A DNA stretch of 64,000 nucleotides from Zygnema circumcarinatum SAG 698-1b (GCA_037447605.1 CM074818.1:1934617-1998616); one strand, 5' to 3'; shown: positions 34,084-47,887, numbered from the stretch's first letter. Translations and numbers: made by a program. The notes: generated from the letters alone by a model not told the origin.

Positions 34084-35782
34084 AGGCTGGCAGGCTCCTG
34101 GGGTGCCACGTGGGCACCAGGGGAGCAGGGAGGTGGGTGGAGGTAGGGGGAGGAGGGAGGAGGGAGGAGAGAAGAGGGAGGGAGAGGGAGAGGGAGAGGG
34201 AGAGGGAGAGGGAGGGGGAATGGAAGGAGAGGGAGGGGGAATGGAAGGAGAGGGAGGGGGGAGGAGAGTGGGAGAAGGAGAGGGATTGGGGAGGGGATGA
34301 GGACTAAGGGAGGGAGAGGGAGCTGGAGAGAGGGATGGAGAGCGAGAGGCGGAGAGGGAGAGAGGTGAATAGGAGGGAGGGAGAGCAATGCAGAGAGGGA
34401 GGACAGGGATGAAAGGGGAGAGTCAGAGCGAGAGAAAGAGAGAGAGAACGCGAAAGAGAGAGACAGAGAGTGAGAGAGAGAGAGAGAGAGAGTCGATGAT
34501 GAGTCGTCGATGTCCTACTTACCTCTCTCCTCTCTCCCCAAAAAACGTCTCTTGGGGTTCTGTGACGTGACGGGTGCAGATGAAACCACGAGCAGCGGAG
34601 GGATAGCCACGTGACATCCGTCACACCAAGACTGACTTTGACTTACAATTTAAAATTAACCATTTTCATTTATTTATTTCAAACGCCGACTGGAAAAATA
34701 TTCATTATTCATCATTCGAAAGGTTCATTTTTATTTCGCTTTCAACGCCGAAGTTATTAAGGTAGTTAATAAGCAGAGAAAGCTTTGAGCTGCCCGGATT
34801 CCTGGCCGTGATTAGAAAAAAAAAAAAAAAAAAGGCCTGATAGGAGGGCCTGAATTGAATTGGCGCTAATGTTTAATTAATTGTTCAATTTGTGGCTCCT
34901 TTTTTAAATGTAGAATTTAGGTCCAAAACTGAAATTAGAATTAGGCCATCGTTCTTCCTTTTAGGGCCCTAAAAAAGAGGCGAACTAAATAAATATAGAA
35001 ACGGTTTGCGACTATTACTTTTTGAGCTTGTCCTTGGAAAAAGGAAGGTGAAATTGGGCCCTCAAATTACTCACTCTTATATTTTCAATCCAACAAAAGC
35101 TGCTTGTTTCAGTCATCCTTTCAATACAGGGATGTTTTCAGTGCTATTTGTGTTTCCATTTCTCGCTCTTATCTCCCCCTCTCTCCCTCCCTCCCTCTCT
35201 CACCCTTCCCCTCCTCCCTGCCACCCCTTTCCTCCCCTCTACCTCACCTCTCCCTCCCCGTCCCATCTCCACCCTGCTCTCTCTCTCCCCTGCCACTCTC
35301 TCCTCTCTGCCTCTCTCTCCCCCCTGCCTCTCTCTCCCCCTTACCTCTCTCTCTCCCCTGCCTCTCTCTCCCCCCTGCCTATCTCTCCTCCCTGCCACTC
35401 CCTCCTCCCTGCCTCTCTCCCCCCTGCCTCTCTCTCCCCCCTGCCTATCTCTCCTCCCTGCCACTCCCTCCTCCCTGCCTCTCCCCCCCCTGCCTCTCTC
35501 TCCCCCCTGCCTATCTCTCCTCCCTGCCACTTTATCCTCCCTGCCTCTCTCTCCCCCATGCCTCTCCTTTTTCTCCCACACTACCTCTTCTCCCCCTCTA
35601 CCTCCTCCCTCTCCCTTCCCGTCTCCTCCCTGCCACTCACTCCCCCTCGTACCTCTCTCTCTCCACTCCCCCGCCCCTCTCGCTTCAACCGCGAGGAATG
35701 TGTACGGACAAAGTACAGTACGGTGTATGATATTGTACGAAATAAAAGAAATTATTTAGCTTTTTAAATTTGAAGGCATCTT

Positions 35783-35854
35783 GCCCGGATAGCTCAGTGG
35801 TAGAGCATCTGTCTTGTAAACAGAAGGTCCAGTGTTCAATCCACTGTTCGGGCA
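35783..35854 (+). tRNA. trnT-UGU: tRNA-Thr (anticodon UGU)
   Basis: Acceptor GCCCGGA/TTCGGGC+A, D arm GCTC-AGTGGTA-GAGC, anticodon arm TCTGT-CTTGTAA-ACAGA, T arm CAGTG-TTCAATC-CACTG; TTTTT about 8 nt downstream. Confidence 0.96.
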
Positions 35855-36657
35855 CTCTTCATTTTTACGCTATTTTACATGGAATCGAGCATTTTTTCCC
35901 TGGAAATTGAAAGTTGACCAGATCCACTGTACTTAGCACTGTATCCATTGGTTTCAAAATTGAAACTGGAACTGACAACGAAAGCTATGTGTACAACCAG
36001 GAATAGTTCCAGTCCTTCCTTTCTACAGCGATTAAGGGTTTTTAGGTTTTCAAATACTGTAATCTCAAGTTGAGGGTCAATGCCATCCTCCCAGATCGAA
36101 TTGATCCGACGGCTGAGATTCACTTCACCCCTTAAATCCAAAGGCTGAGGTTGACTCCCTCATGCAGACAGGGCTCAAAAAGGAGCAAAGGATGGAAGGA
36201 ATCACAAAGGAATACTACGGTAACCTCCTAATTTGGTCGCAACTTCAGTCTAGGGGGAGAGAACTGTATCTGGTCGCGATTTCAATCTAGGGGGAGAGAA
36301 GTGGACGGCATGGGGATGGTGGCCATGGCGGACATGCACATCATCACCATCGCCCCATGCACATGGGCTGACATCATTCCCGGTGATGTCAAAGGCACAC
36401 CTTCACATCATCCGCCTTCAAAATGTTCCCCCCCCTACCCCAAAAAAATGTATCCTCCTTGAAAACTGCTTTCATTGGTCAATTCAGTGGAAACTCTAAA
36501 CCCTAAACACTAAACCCGAACCCGTAAACCCTAATCCTTCTGCCTCATTTCAAAGCGCGCACCTTCAAACCCTTCCAACGGCACATCATCATCATTCATT
36601 CCCCTACAAAAGACATTCCACAAATTTAGGGTTTTCTTCAGGGCGTTTTCCAAGGGT

Positions 36658-37647
36658 TCAAGGGAATTCGGGTTTTACTGCCGACGGAAAAGCGTCCAGA
36701 TACGTTGAACCCTGCAAAGGACGAGGTGAATGTATTGGCCGGTATTCGAGCCCTGCAGGGGGAGGCCGCGGTGGCTGTAGCTGCTGTTGTAGCAGGCGGT
36801 GCTGCCCCTCAAAAAACTGTAGCCGCTGCTGTAGCAGGGGCTGCTGCTGGGGGGCAGGCAGTGCCTGGGGGGGGGGTGGGGAGGGAAGCTTCTCGGAAGC
36901 TGCAGGGGGATGGTGGGGTTGATGAGGGAATGTAGGAGGCGCGTCCTGAGGAGAGGGAGAGGAGTGGGATAGGGTTAGAGGAGGGGGAGAGGGAGAGGGA
37001 GGGAGAGGGAGAGGTAGGGGGAGGGGGAGGGGGAGAGGGAGGGGGAGAGGGAGGGGGAGGGGGAGGGGGAGAGGGAGGGAGGAGGGAGGGCAGAGAAGGG
37101 GGAGAGGGAGAAAGAGACAGAGGAGCAAGGTGAGATATGGAGAGGAGGGTTGGGAAGAAAGGGAGGGAGGGGAAGGTGAGGGAACGAGGGAGAAGAGAGG
37201 AAAGAGGGAGTGCGTGAGAGTGGGAGAGGAGTGGGGGTGAAAGTGGGAGAGAGAGAGAGGGGGAGAGGGAGGGAGAGTGTTTCTACCTGCCACTTGATCC
37301 ACTCGCCGATTCCTCTCCTGTCATCAATTGCTTCGTTCGAGAGTGTGAAACTCCTTTCCCCTCCTCTCTCTCTCTCTCCCACTATCACCCCCACTCCTCT
37401 CCCGCCTCTCTCGCCTCTCTCTCCTCGCTCTCCCACCGTCATTTTCATTGTTTTCCCTGCAGCCCCGCCCTCTCTCACGTCCCTCTCGCCACTCTCTCCC
37501 GCTCCCCTCCCTCCTCCCTCTCCCACTCTCCCGCTTGTGATCGGAGATGCATTTTCCGGGCTCTTAGCATTGCTAAAATTTGGATTTCCTCCATTGTCCG
37601 AAATAGAAATTGCCTCTCCCCTGCAGTAGACGATATTGAAACAAACG

Positions 37648-37717
<70 letters not shown>

Positions 37718-40700
37718 AGACAGAGGGAAGGAGAGGGACAGGAGAATAAGAGGGAGAGATAGGAAAAGGAAAAAGGACAAGAGAGCAGGAGAGGGAGAAG
37801 GAAAGCAAGAGGGAGAGAAAAGCAGGGCAAGTGAGGGAGAGAGGGTTAGGGATAGGGAGAGAGTGGAGAGAGACGAGGGAGAGGGAAAGGCCGAGATTCC
37901 TTACATGTGTGTGAGAGTGAGAGTCGATCGATGCCTGTTCCATTTGGATGGCCTGTGAGAGTGTCTCCCACACCCCCTCTCCCACTCCCTCTCAGAACAG
38001 CTTGATGCCGTGGTTGAATATGAAATAAATTCGTAGAGAAATTGACAATATTTACACATCTATATCCCTACAACTCTGCGTATTAAGTACTGAGGAAGTG
38101 GAGAGAGGAAGAGAGAGAAGGAAAGGGAGAGGGAGAGGGAGAGGGAGAGGGAGAGGGAGAGGGAGAGGGAGAAGGGAGAGGAGAAGAGAGGGAGAGGGAG
38201 GAAGGGAGAGGGAGAGGGAGAGGGAGGGAGGGAGGGAGGGAGGGAGGGAGGGAGAGAGGGAGAGGGAGAGGGAGAGAGAGAGAGAACTCACCGGAACATG
38301 TGCCCACAATGCGAACAGTCCGCAGCGGCAGCTGAAAAACAAACCAAAAAAGATAATACTTCAATTTTAGTATGCATCTACCGCAAAAAAATACCAAAAG
38401 AAAAGAAAACGGAGAGGGAGGGGGAGAGAAAAAAAGAAATTGTCTTTACCTGCGATTAGCATTTTGCAAATAGGGCATTTCCGCTTCCCTCTCACTCCCA
38501 CAACTTTCACTGAACCCTGCCCACCTTTGGCCTTACTCTCTCCCTCCCTCGCGAGAGGAGGGTTCAGAGCTCCCCCTCTTCCCTTATTACTGGGAAGGGG
38601 AACCTTGGAAATGGAAGCTTCCTGGGAAGCTTCCTGGGAAGATTCCACGGAAGCTTCCTTAGCGCCATGGTACGTCGCGAATGCTCCATCAATTGGTCGA
38701 GTCGAAGAGGGAGACCACGGGAAGGAGGGAGAGGGAGAGGGAGGAGTGGAGAGGGAGGGAGGAGGAAGAGAGGGAGAGGAAGATGAGGGGGGATGGAAGG
38801 GGGAGGAGAGGGAGGGGGATGTAGAGAGTGGGAATGGGGAGGATAGGGAGGGAGGGAGGGAGGAGTGGGAAGGGAAGGGAGAGGAGAGGGAGGAGGGAGG
38901 GAGGGAGGAGTGGGAAGGGAAGGGGGAGGAGAGGGAGGGAGAGAGGGAAGATGGAGGACGCGGAGGGACCTGTGGCACATACGAGAGAGAGGGAGGAAGG
39001 AGGAGATTAGAAGGAGATAGATGTGGGGAGAGGGTGTTTGATAGAGGGAAGAGGAATAGGACGAGGAGTTGGAGGGAGAGAGGGAAGTGGGGGGGAGAGA
39101 GGGAGGTAGAGAGAGCAGAAAGACCTGCTTCTAAGGTAACGGTTATTTAGGTTATGTCTCGCTCACCTTCTTGGCCCACAGCATGGGCTGGTTGGTGTCT
39201 CCTCTCCCTCCTCTCTCTCCTCTCTCTCCTACTCCACTACCACTCTCCTGCCCCTCTCTCTCCATCCCTCCTCCTGGAGGAGACCTCTCTCTCAACCCTA
39301 ACCCTAAAAAGAGATCATTTGGTCCTTTGTCCGTCACAAGATCATAGAAACGTTTCGCCATTGGTCGAGAAATTCCATTACTTGGGTTTAATTTTCCCTT
39401 CTCTTCAGAGAACGAGCTCATTGCGAGAGTGAGAGCTATGGAGCCACTACCACCATCCTCTCTCTCTCCCATCCCTCCTCTCTCTTCTCTCTCTCTCCTC
39501 TCATCTCCCTCCCCTCTCCCCTCTGTCTTCTCTCTCACTTCTCTCTCTCTCCCCTCCCCTTCGGCCCCGTCGTCTCCCTCCACCCCCCTTAACACACTCC
39601 CCCCACCTTCTCCTTCACCTTCTCCCTCTCCCATCTCGCTATTTCTCTCTGCTTGTTTTTTCTTAGAACTGAAAACTGACGCTCCATGTGATGCTCCATG
39701 CTGCCGCTGCCATTACCAACCGCATCGAACCGTTAACATTTACGTCAGAAACGGCTAAAAACATACTGTCAAGAAATCTCCTCTCTCACTCTCAGCCCCT
39801 CTCCCTCATACCCATCTCGTCCTTCTCTCCTTCTACCTCCTACTTCTATCTTCTATCTTCTATCCCCACACCCACTTTTTCCTTCATCACACACTTACAC
39901 CCCCCTACCGCAACGCTACCTCTCTGCTCACGTCCCCTCTCTCTTCTCCCCCACATCTCTCTCTCTCCCTATTTTCCTCTCCCTTTCTGTCGCTCTCTCT
40001 CTCTCGTTCACTTTCCAGAGCTCTCTCCTCCCCCTCCCACCTCTCCCCCTACCCCCACTCCCCCCTCCCCACCCCCGCCTCCCCCCCTCTCCCCCTCTCC
40101 CTCTCCCTCTCCCTCTCCCCTCTCCCTCTCCCCCTCTCCCCTCTCCCCTCTCCCCCTCTCCCCCTCTCCCTCTCCCCCTCTCCCCCTCCCCCTCTCCCCC
40201 TCTCCCTCTCCCCCTCTCCCTCTCCCCCTCTCCCCTCTCCCCTCTCCCCCTCTCCCCCTCTCCCCCTCTCCCTCTCCCTCTCCCCCTCCCCCTCTCCCCC
40301 TCTCCCGCTCTCCCTCCCTCTCCCTCCCCCCTCCCCCTCCCCCTTCCCCACCCCCGCTCCCCCCTCCCCCTCCTCCTCTCTCCCCCTCTCCCCCTCTCCC
40401 CCTCTCCCCCTCTCCCCCTCTCCCCCTCTCCCCCTCTCCCCCTCTCCCCCTCTCCCCCTCTCCCCCTCTCCCCCTCTCCCCCTCTCCCCCTCTCCCCCTC
40501 TCCCTCCCTCTCCCCCTCTCCCCCTCTCCCTCTCCCCCTCTCCCCCTCTCCCCCTCTCCCCCTCTCCCCCTCTCCCCCTCTCCCCCTCCCCCTCTCCCTC
40601 CCTCTCCCCCTCCCCCCTCCCCCTCCCCCTTCCCCACCCCCGCTCCCCCCTCCCCCCTCCTCCTCCTCCTCCTCTCCCCTCTCCCTCTCCCCCTCTCCCC

Positions 40701-43700
40701 CTCCCCCTCTCCCCTCCCCTCTCCCCCCCTCCCCCTCCCTCCCTCCCGCCCCGCCCCTCTCCCCCCCTCCCCCCTCCTCCTCTCCCCTCTCCCTCTCCCT
40801 CTCCCTCTCCCTCTCCCCCCCTCCCCCTCTCCCTCCCTCCCCTCTCCCCCTCTCCCCCTCTCCCCCTCTCCCCCTCTCCCTCTCCCCCTCTCCCCCTCTC
40901 CCTCTCCCCCTCTCCCCCTCTCCCCCTCTCCCCCTCTCCCCCTCTCCCTCTCCCCCTCTCCCCCTCTCCCCCTCTCCCCCTCCCCCTCTCCCCCTCCCTC
41001 TCCCCCTCCCCCTCCCCCTCCCCCTTCCCCACCCCCGCTCCCTCCCCCCTCCTCCTCCTCCTCCCCCTCTCCCTCTCCCCCTCTCCCCTCTCCCCCTCTC
41101 CCCCTCTCCCCTCCCCTCTCCCCCTCCCCCCTCCCCCTCCCCCTTCCCCACCCCCGCTCCCCCCTCCCCCCTCCTCCTCCTCCCCCTCTCCCCCTCTCCC
41201 CCTCTCCCTCTCCCCCTCTCCCCCTCTCCCCCTCTCCCTCTCCCCCACACTCCCTCTCCCCCTCTCCCTCCCTCTCCCCCTCTCCCCCTCTCCCCCTCTC
41301 CCCCTCTCCCCCTCTCCCCCTCTCCCCCTCCCCCTCTCCCCCTCTCCCCCTCTCCCCCTCTCCCCTCTCCCCCTCCCTCTCCCCCTCCCCCTCCCCTCTC
41401 CCTTCCCCACCCCCGCTCTCCCCCCTCCCCCCTCCTCCTCCTCCTCCCCTCTCCCTCTCCCCCTCTCCCTCTCCCTCCCCTCTCCCTCCCTCTCCCCCTC
41501 CCCCCTCCCCCTCCCCCTCCCCACCCCCGCTCCCCCCTCCCCCTCCTCCTCCTCCCCCTCTCCCTCTCCCCCCCTCCCCCTCTCCCCCTCTCCCTCTCCC
41601 CCTCCCCTCCCCCCTCCCCCTCCCCCCTCCCCCTCCCCCTTCCCCGCCCCCATCCCCCCTCCCCCTCCCCCTCCTCCTCCTCCCCTCTCCCCCTCTCCCT
41701 CTCCCCCTCTCCCCCTCTCCCTCTCCCCCTCCCTCTCCCCCTCCCCCCCTCCCCCTCCCCCTTCCCCACCCCCGCTCCCCCTCCTCCTCCTCCTCTCCCC
41801 TCCCCTCTCCCCCTCTCCCTCTCCCCCTCTCCCCCTCTCCCCCTCTCCCCCTCTCCCCCTCTCCCCCTCTCCCCCTCTCCCCCTCTCCCCCTCTCCCCTC
41901 TCCCCCTCTCCCCCTCTCCCCCTCTCCCCCTCTCCCCCTCTCCCCCTCTCCCCCTCTCCCCCTCTCCCCCTCTCCCCCTCTCCCCCTCTCTCTCACCTCC
42001 GTCTTTGGCCACGACGGTCCCCAAAAGTCCCATCCAGCCGCCACTTCTTGGGAACCTTCCTGGAAGCTTCCTCCCACACTCTCTCCGTCCATCTCCTGAA
42101 CGCACTGCCGCTTTCCATGTCGCTCCTGTTAAACGGAACGCGGATTCGGACATCAGCGAGGGTCGAAAATAACGCTTAACAATCCGTGCAACTGAACTCT
42201 GCGGAACTGTGAACATGGAACGCGGAAATGCTTCGCTGACCTCAGCGTTGTCCGTCGGCCGAGGGCTTAGCTCGCTGCGATTCCTTCCTTCTGAATGCGC
42301 TGAAGGAAATTAAACATTAAAAAAAAAAATAGAAAAATTTGCCCATGTTAACTTGAAAAAAAAAGATGCTAGAATTTTTTTTAGACATGAACGGAAAGAA
42401 CAAGTAAATATATATCTCTCTCTCTAAGGAGAACAGAGAAATTTAAACACAGAAAATTGGAGGAAACTTCTGAAGACCAAGGCTCAAAGGCGGACCTGCG
42501 GCATCGGATGGGCCAATCGGCGGTGAGCAATTTGCCAGGTCAGCAGAGGTTGCTGACGTCAGCCGCCTCCTCCACCTGTGCTTGGCTGCCACCTGGCGGT
42601 TGACCTCTTTCGAAAGCGACAAAATTTGCACCGCCTGCAGCTCGCAACGCCTCCGAAGATGGTCCAACTGCTCGCCTGGGGAGAGGGAGAGGGAGAGGGA
42701 GAGGGAGAGGGAGAGGGAGAGGGAAAGAGAGTGGGAGCGGGAGAAGGAGAGGGAGAGGGAGAGGGAGAGGGAGAGGGAGGAGTGGGAGCGGGAGGGGAGA
42801 GGGAGGGAGGGAGGGAGGGAGAGGGAGAGGGAGAGGGAAAGAGAGTGGGAGCGGGAGAAGGAGAGGGAGAGGGAAAGAGAGTGGGAGCGGGAGAAGGAGA
42901 GGGAGAGGGAAAGAGAGTGGGAGCGGGAGAAGGAGAGGGAGAGGGAAAGAGAGTGGGAGCGGGAGAAGGAGAGGGAGAGGGAAAGTGCGAGCGGGGTGGG
43001 AGCGGGGGAAGGAGAGGGGAGAGGAGAGGGAGAGGGGAAGGGTGTGGGAGCGGGAGAAGGAGAGGGAGAGGGAAAGAGAGTGGGAGCGGGAGAAGGAGAG
43101 GGAGAGGGAGAGGGAGAGGGAGAGGGAGAGGGAGAGAAGAAGGAGAGCAATTTGCTAAGATAAGGGTGTGAGAGGAAGAAGGGCGAATGAGGACATTAAA
43201 TGAGAGGAGAGAGCGAGAGAGAAGCCGAGAGAATGGAATGAGTTGAAGGGGGTGGGGAAGAAGAAGAAGAGAAGAGAGAGAGAAAGTGCGAAACGAGAGG
43301 AGCAAAAGATGAGGAGATAGAGAGAGGGAGAGGGAGGGAGGAGGGAGGGAGGAGGGAGGGAGGAGGGAGGGAGGGAGGAGGGAGGGAGGGAGGGAGGAGG
43401 GAGGGAGGAGGGAGGGAGGAGGGAGGGAGGAGGGAGGGAGGAGGGAGGGAGGAGGGAGGGAGGAGGGAGGGAGGAGGGAGGGAGGGAGGAGGGAGGGAGG
43501 GAGGAGGGAGGGAGGAGGGAGGGAGGAGGGAGGGAGGAGGGAGGGAGGAGGGAGGGAGGGAGGAGGGAGGGAGGGAGGAGGGAGGGAGGGAGGGAGGGAG
43601 GGAGGGAGGGAGGGAGGAGGGAGGGAGGGAGGAGGGAGGGAGGGAGGGAGGGAGGGAGGAGGGAGGGAGGGAGGGAGGAGGGAGGGAGGAGGGAGGGAGG

Positions 43701-44958
43701 AGGGAGGGAGGGAGGAGGGAGGGAGGAGGGAGGGAGGAGGGAGGGAGGAGGGAGGGAGGAGGGAGGGAGGGAGGAGGGAGGGAGGAGGGAGGGAGGGAGG
43801 GAGGAGGGAGGGAGGGAGGGAGAGGAGGGAGGGAGGGAGGGAGGGAGGGAGGGAGGAGGGAGGGAGGGAGGGAGGGAGGGAGGAGGGAGGGAGGGAGGAG
43901 AGAGGGCCAGAGAAGAGGATGGAGAGTTGAAAATCAGGGGAGGAGGGTAGTTGGTCGAAAGGAGGAGTGGGAGGGAAATAGAGAGCAGGTCGGAGGGAGT
44001 GGACTGGAACAAAGGGAATCAGAGAGGAAGGGGGTGGGAGGGAGGGAGGGAGGGAGGGATGGAGGGATGGAGGGAGGGTGGGAGGGAGGGATGGAGGGAG
44101 GGGGGAAGGGAGGGAGGGAGGGAGGGAGGGAGGAGGGGAGGGGGGAGGGAGGAGAGAGTAGGCGAGAATTGTTGAAGCAAGTACAAGCAATGTGCTTTAG
44201 AAAACAGATTAAGATTATACAAAAATAATTTAAGAAAAAAAAGGACTAACATAATAGGTGGTTTGGAAACAAGAGAAACCTTATTTCCAAAAAAATCCTT
44301 TTCTAGCCCGCGGTCTGCTTCATACGATGCACCAAAAACTCTCCTCATAATTTCTTCAACCTCCTGCGCGGGCAGCAGAAGGGAACAAAGGAAGAGGAGA
44401 CATCATAGAAGTTAGTGCCTCCTGCATCTCGCTCTCTCTCCCTCTCCCTTCTCATCTCCCTCCTCTCCCTCCCCCTTTGCAACTCTATCGTCCCACTGTT
44501 TCTTCTTATCTCTCTATCTCTATCTATCTCTCTTTCTGTCTTCTCTCCTCTTTCCCTCTCTCTCCCACTCCCGCTCCCTCCCACCTCACCTGCTCTGTAT
44601 TTGTCGCAGCATCCTCCTCCATAGCTTGGAAGCCACTCTCTCGCCCTCCTCTCTCTCCCTCTCCATCCGCCTCTCCCTTCCCCCACCGAAGGCCTCTCTC
44701 ACCTTTCCCACTCTCCACTCCTCCCTCCCCACTCTCTCCTCCCTCTCCCTCTTCCCCTCCCTCTGCTCCCTCCCTTCCTCCTCTCCCCCGCACTCTCTCC
44801 CCCTCCCCTCTCTCTCTCCTCTTCCCCCTCCCTCCCTCTCTCTCCCCCTCATTCGGACAATCTTCATTTAAATCCGGCACACCACGTCTCATCTGTACTT
44901 CATCGCTTCCGCCCTTTCCACCTCCTCCGTTATCTCCACAGCGATAGAAGTCTCCCAT
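36658..44958 (-). CDS. Multi-exon uncharacterised low-complexity protein with a C4 zinc ribbon (UPF0547-like), a short coiled coil and a DLN (EAR-like) motif; exon chain partly inferred
   Basis: Splice-bounded segments MGDFYRC...VPDLNEDCP...[15 protein letters not shown]...[61 protein letters not shown]|[14 protein letters not shown] (joined via the 40-nt exon 38331-38292), GIGEWIKWQ and a Gln/Pro-rich last exon ending VKPEFP*. One phase mismatch suggests a missed exon. The first exons are duplicated at 45637-46315. Confidence 0.55.
40020..41995. repeat. ~2-kb almost pure C/T tract (CCCCCTCT-type units) inside an intron
   Basis: Sequence is almost exclusively C and T; it generates the spurious 500-800 aa ORFs. 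Confidence 0.95.
42680..43900. repeat. Intronic G/A tracts: (GAGAGG)n with a 36-bp higher unit, then (GGA/GAGG)n
   Basis: Repeated GGGAAAGAGAGTGGGAGCGGGAGAAGGAGAGGGAGA units at 42720-43100; pure G/A from 43320 to 43900. Confidence 0.9.
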
Positions 44959-47887
44959 CGTTAAGGGCACCTTCGGATGTGCCCCTACACAAGGGTGAAG
45001 TAGAGGGGGCCCGGGGGCGCTAAACGCGGTCACATGTGGGTTTCCGTTTGACGGTCGTTCAAACTGCAGCTGTACAGCGAAAGGACGCGGGTTTTACTAT
45101 TGGTTTGATATTAGGGCACCTGTTATGAGTGGCGGAAGGGGGAGGGGAGGGGGAAGGGGAGGGGGGAGCGGGGGACGAAGGGAGAGGAGGGGAGGGGAGA
45201 GGAGGGGGGAGGAGTGGGGAGGAGGGGCGAGGAGAGGAGNNNNNNNNNNGGGAGGAGAGAGGGCCAGAGAAGAGGATGGAGAGTTGAAAATCAGGGGAGG
45301 AGGGTAGTTGGTCGAAAGGAGGAGTGGGAGGGAAATAGAGAGCAGGTCGGAGGGAGTGGACTGGAACAAAGGGAATCAGAGAGGAAGGGGGTGGGAGGGA
45401 GGGAGGGAGGGAGGGATGGAGGGATGGAGGGAGGGTGGGAGGGAGGGATGGAGGGAGGGGGGAAGGGAGGGAGGGAGGGAGGGAGGGAGGAGGGGAGGGG
45501 GGAGGGAGGAGAGAGTAGGCGAGAATTGTTGAAGCAAGTACAAGCAATGTGCTTTAGAAAACAGATTAAGATTATACAAAAATAATTTAAGAAAAAAAAG
45601 GACTAACATAATAGGTGGTTTGGAAACAAGAGAAACCTTATTTCCAAAAAAATCCTTTTCTAGCCCGCGGTCTGCTTCATACGATGCACCAAAAACTCTC
45701 CTCATAATTTCTTCAACCTCCTGCGCGGGCAGCAGAAGGGAACAAAGGAAGAGGAGACATCATAGAAGTTAGTGCCTCCTGCATCTCGCTCTCTCTCCCT
45801 CTCCCTTCTCATCTCCCTCCTCTCCCTCCCCCTTTGCAACTCTATCGTCCCACTGTTTCTTCTTATCTCTCTATCTCTATCTATCTCTCTTTCTGTCTTC
45901 TCTCCTCTTTCCCTCTCTCTCCCACTCCCGCTCCCTCCCACCTCACCTGCTCTGTATTTGTCGCAGCATCCTCCTCCATAGCTTGGAAGCCACTCTCTCG
46001 CCCTCCTCTCTCTCCCTCTCCATCCGCCTCTCCCTTCCCCCACCGAAGGCCTCTCTCACCTTTCCCACTCTCCACTCCTCCCTCCCCACTCTCTCCTCCC
46101 TCTCCCTCTTCCCCTCCCTCTGCTCCCTCCCTTCCTCCTCTCCCCCGCACTCTCTCCCCCTCCCCTCTCTCTCTCCTCTTCCCCCTCCCTCCCTCTCTCT
46201 CCCCCTCATTCGGACAATCTTCATTTAAATCCGGCACACCACGTCTCATCTGTACTTCATCGCTTCCGCCCTTTCCACCTCCTCCGTTATCTCCACAGCG
46301 ATAGAAGTCTCCCATCGTTAAGGGCACCTTCGGATGTGCCCCTACACAAGGGTGAAGTAGAGGGGGCCCGGGGGCGCTAAACGCGGTCACATGTGGGTTT
46401 CCGTTTGACGGTCGTTCAAACTGCAGCTGTACAGCGAAAGGACGCGGGTTTTACTATTGGTTTGATATTAGGGCACCTGTTATGAGTGGCGGAAGGGGGA
46501 GGGGAGGGGGAAGGGGAGGGGGGAGCGGGGGACGAAGGGAGAGGAGGGGAGGGGAGAGGAGGGGGGAGGAGTGGGGAGGAGGGGCGAGGAGAGGAGAGTA
46601 GGGGAGGGGAGGGGAGAGCAGGAAGGAGGGAGGGGAGGGCAGANNNNNNNNNNCGAGAGGGGAGGAGGGGAGAGGAGGGGAGAGGAGGGGAGAGGAGGGG
46701 AGAGGAGTGAGGAGGAGGGGAGAGGACGGGAGAGGAGGGGAGAGGAGTGAGAAGGAGGGGAGAGGAGGGGAGAGGAGGGGGGAGGAGTGAGGAGGAGGGG
46801 AAAGGAGGGGACAGGAGGGGGGGAGGAGTGATGAGGAGGGGAGAGGAAGGGAGAGTGGGGGAGGAAGAGAAAGAAAGGAGGTGTTTAGAGAGAGGGAGGG
46901 GGTGAGAGATCGATCTCCTACTGGCATTCTTTTCTCCTCCTCCCATAACCTCGTCCCCACCCTCCTCGCCTCTCTCCCTGCGTCTCCTCTCCCTTTTCCC
47001 CTTCCACAATCCCTTTCGCCCTCACCCTCTCCCCCCTTCGCTCTCCCTCCCCTCGTCCTCTCTCTCCTCCCTCTCTCTCTCTTTATCTCCTCTCCCCTTC
47101 CCTCTTCCACTTCTCTATGTCGATTCAATCTCCCCTTCCTCCTCACTGTCTCCCCCCCTCTCCCCTCTCCTCTCCCTTCCCCCTCCCCACTTTCCCCCTC
47201 CCCTCTCCCTCTCCCCTTCGACTTCCCTTTTCCCCCTCTCTCTCTCTCTGCCCTCTCCCCTCCCCCTCCTTCCTTCCCTCGCTCCCTCGGCCACTGTCCT
47301 CTTTTTTCTCCCACTCTCTGTCCTCTCCTCCCTCCCCCTCTCCCTCTCCCTCTCCCTCACCCTCTCCCTCTCCTTCCCCCTCTCCCTCCCTTTCCCTCCC
47401 TCCCTCCATCTCGCAGTTGCCGACTGCCCCAGTCGCCCCCCTCCCGCGTCTCCCCCCGCTCCGTTCGTACAATCACGTGTCTCCATACGCGCTGGCTGTA
47501 CGAATGACTCTTGCGCTTGACACGTGTCCGGTTTTGGTCAGATTCTCCAAGGCACACCGTAGGTCGGTTGTTTCTTTATCCTCCAGGGGAGGGCGTATCT
47601 GGTCCGTCCTTATTCGATGCAGGGCGGGACTCTTTTGGACGGACATTGTTGTGGCTGGATGAATCAGGCGCGGCCACGTCATCAAATTTTCAATGAAAGG
47701 CGTGCCTTGATTGGCTGCAGCGATAACTAGCAAGTTACATGGAGCCCCACCTAAGGTCAGTTTCAGCCGGTTTTTATACTTGCGAATGTTCCTTTTGATT
47801 GGGCAAATCATCCTTTGAACTGAACAGTTGGACGCGAAATGCCTCTTCAGTATTTCTGATAATATTCTAGATTGTGGTGCTCGTGTG

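Noticed and set aside
35875-36141. 88-aa ORF downstream of the tRNA
   Set aside because: No ATG, no recognisable motif or splice support; may be a decayed TE fragment but cannot be assigned.
39688-44190. Long extensin-like or Gly/Arg/Glu-rich ORFs (803, 762, 694, 543 aa)
   Set aside because: Translations of C/T or G/A tracts that cannot contain stops; open in several frames on both strands, no signal peptide, and located within inferred introns.
43893-46596. Tandem duplication of the first exons of the zinc-ribbon gene
   Set aside because: Identical at offset 1357 on either side of a 10-N gap; assembly redundancy.
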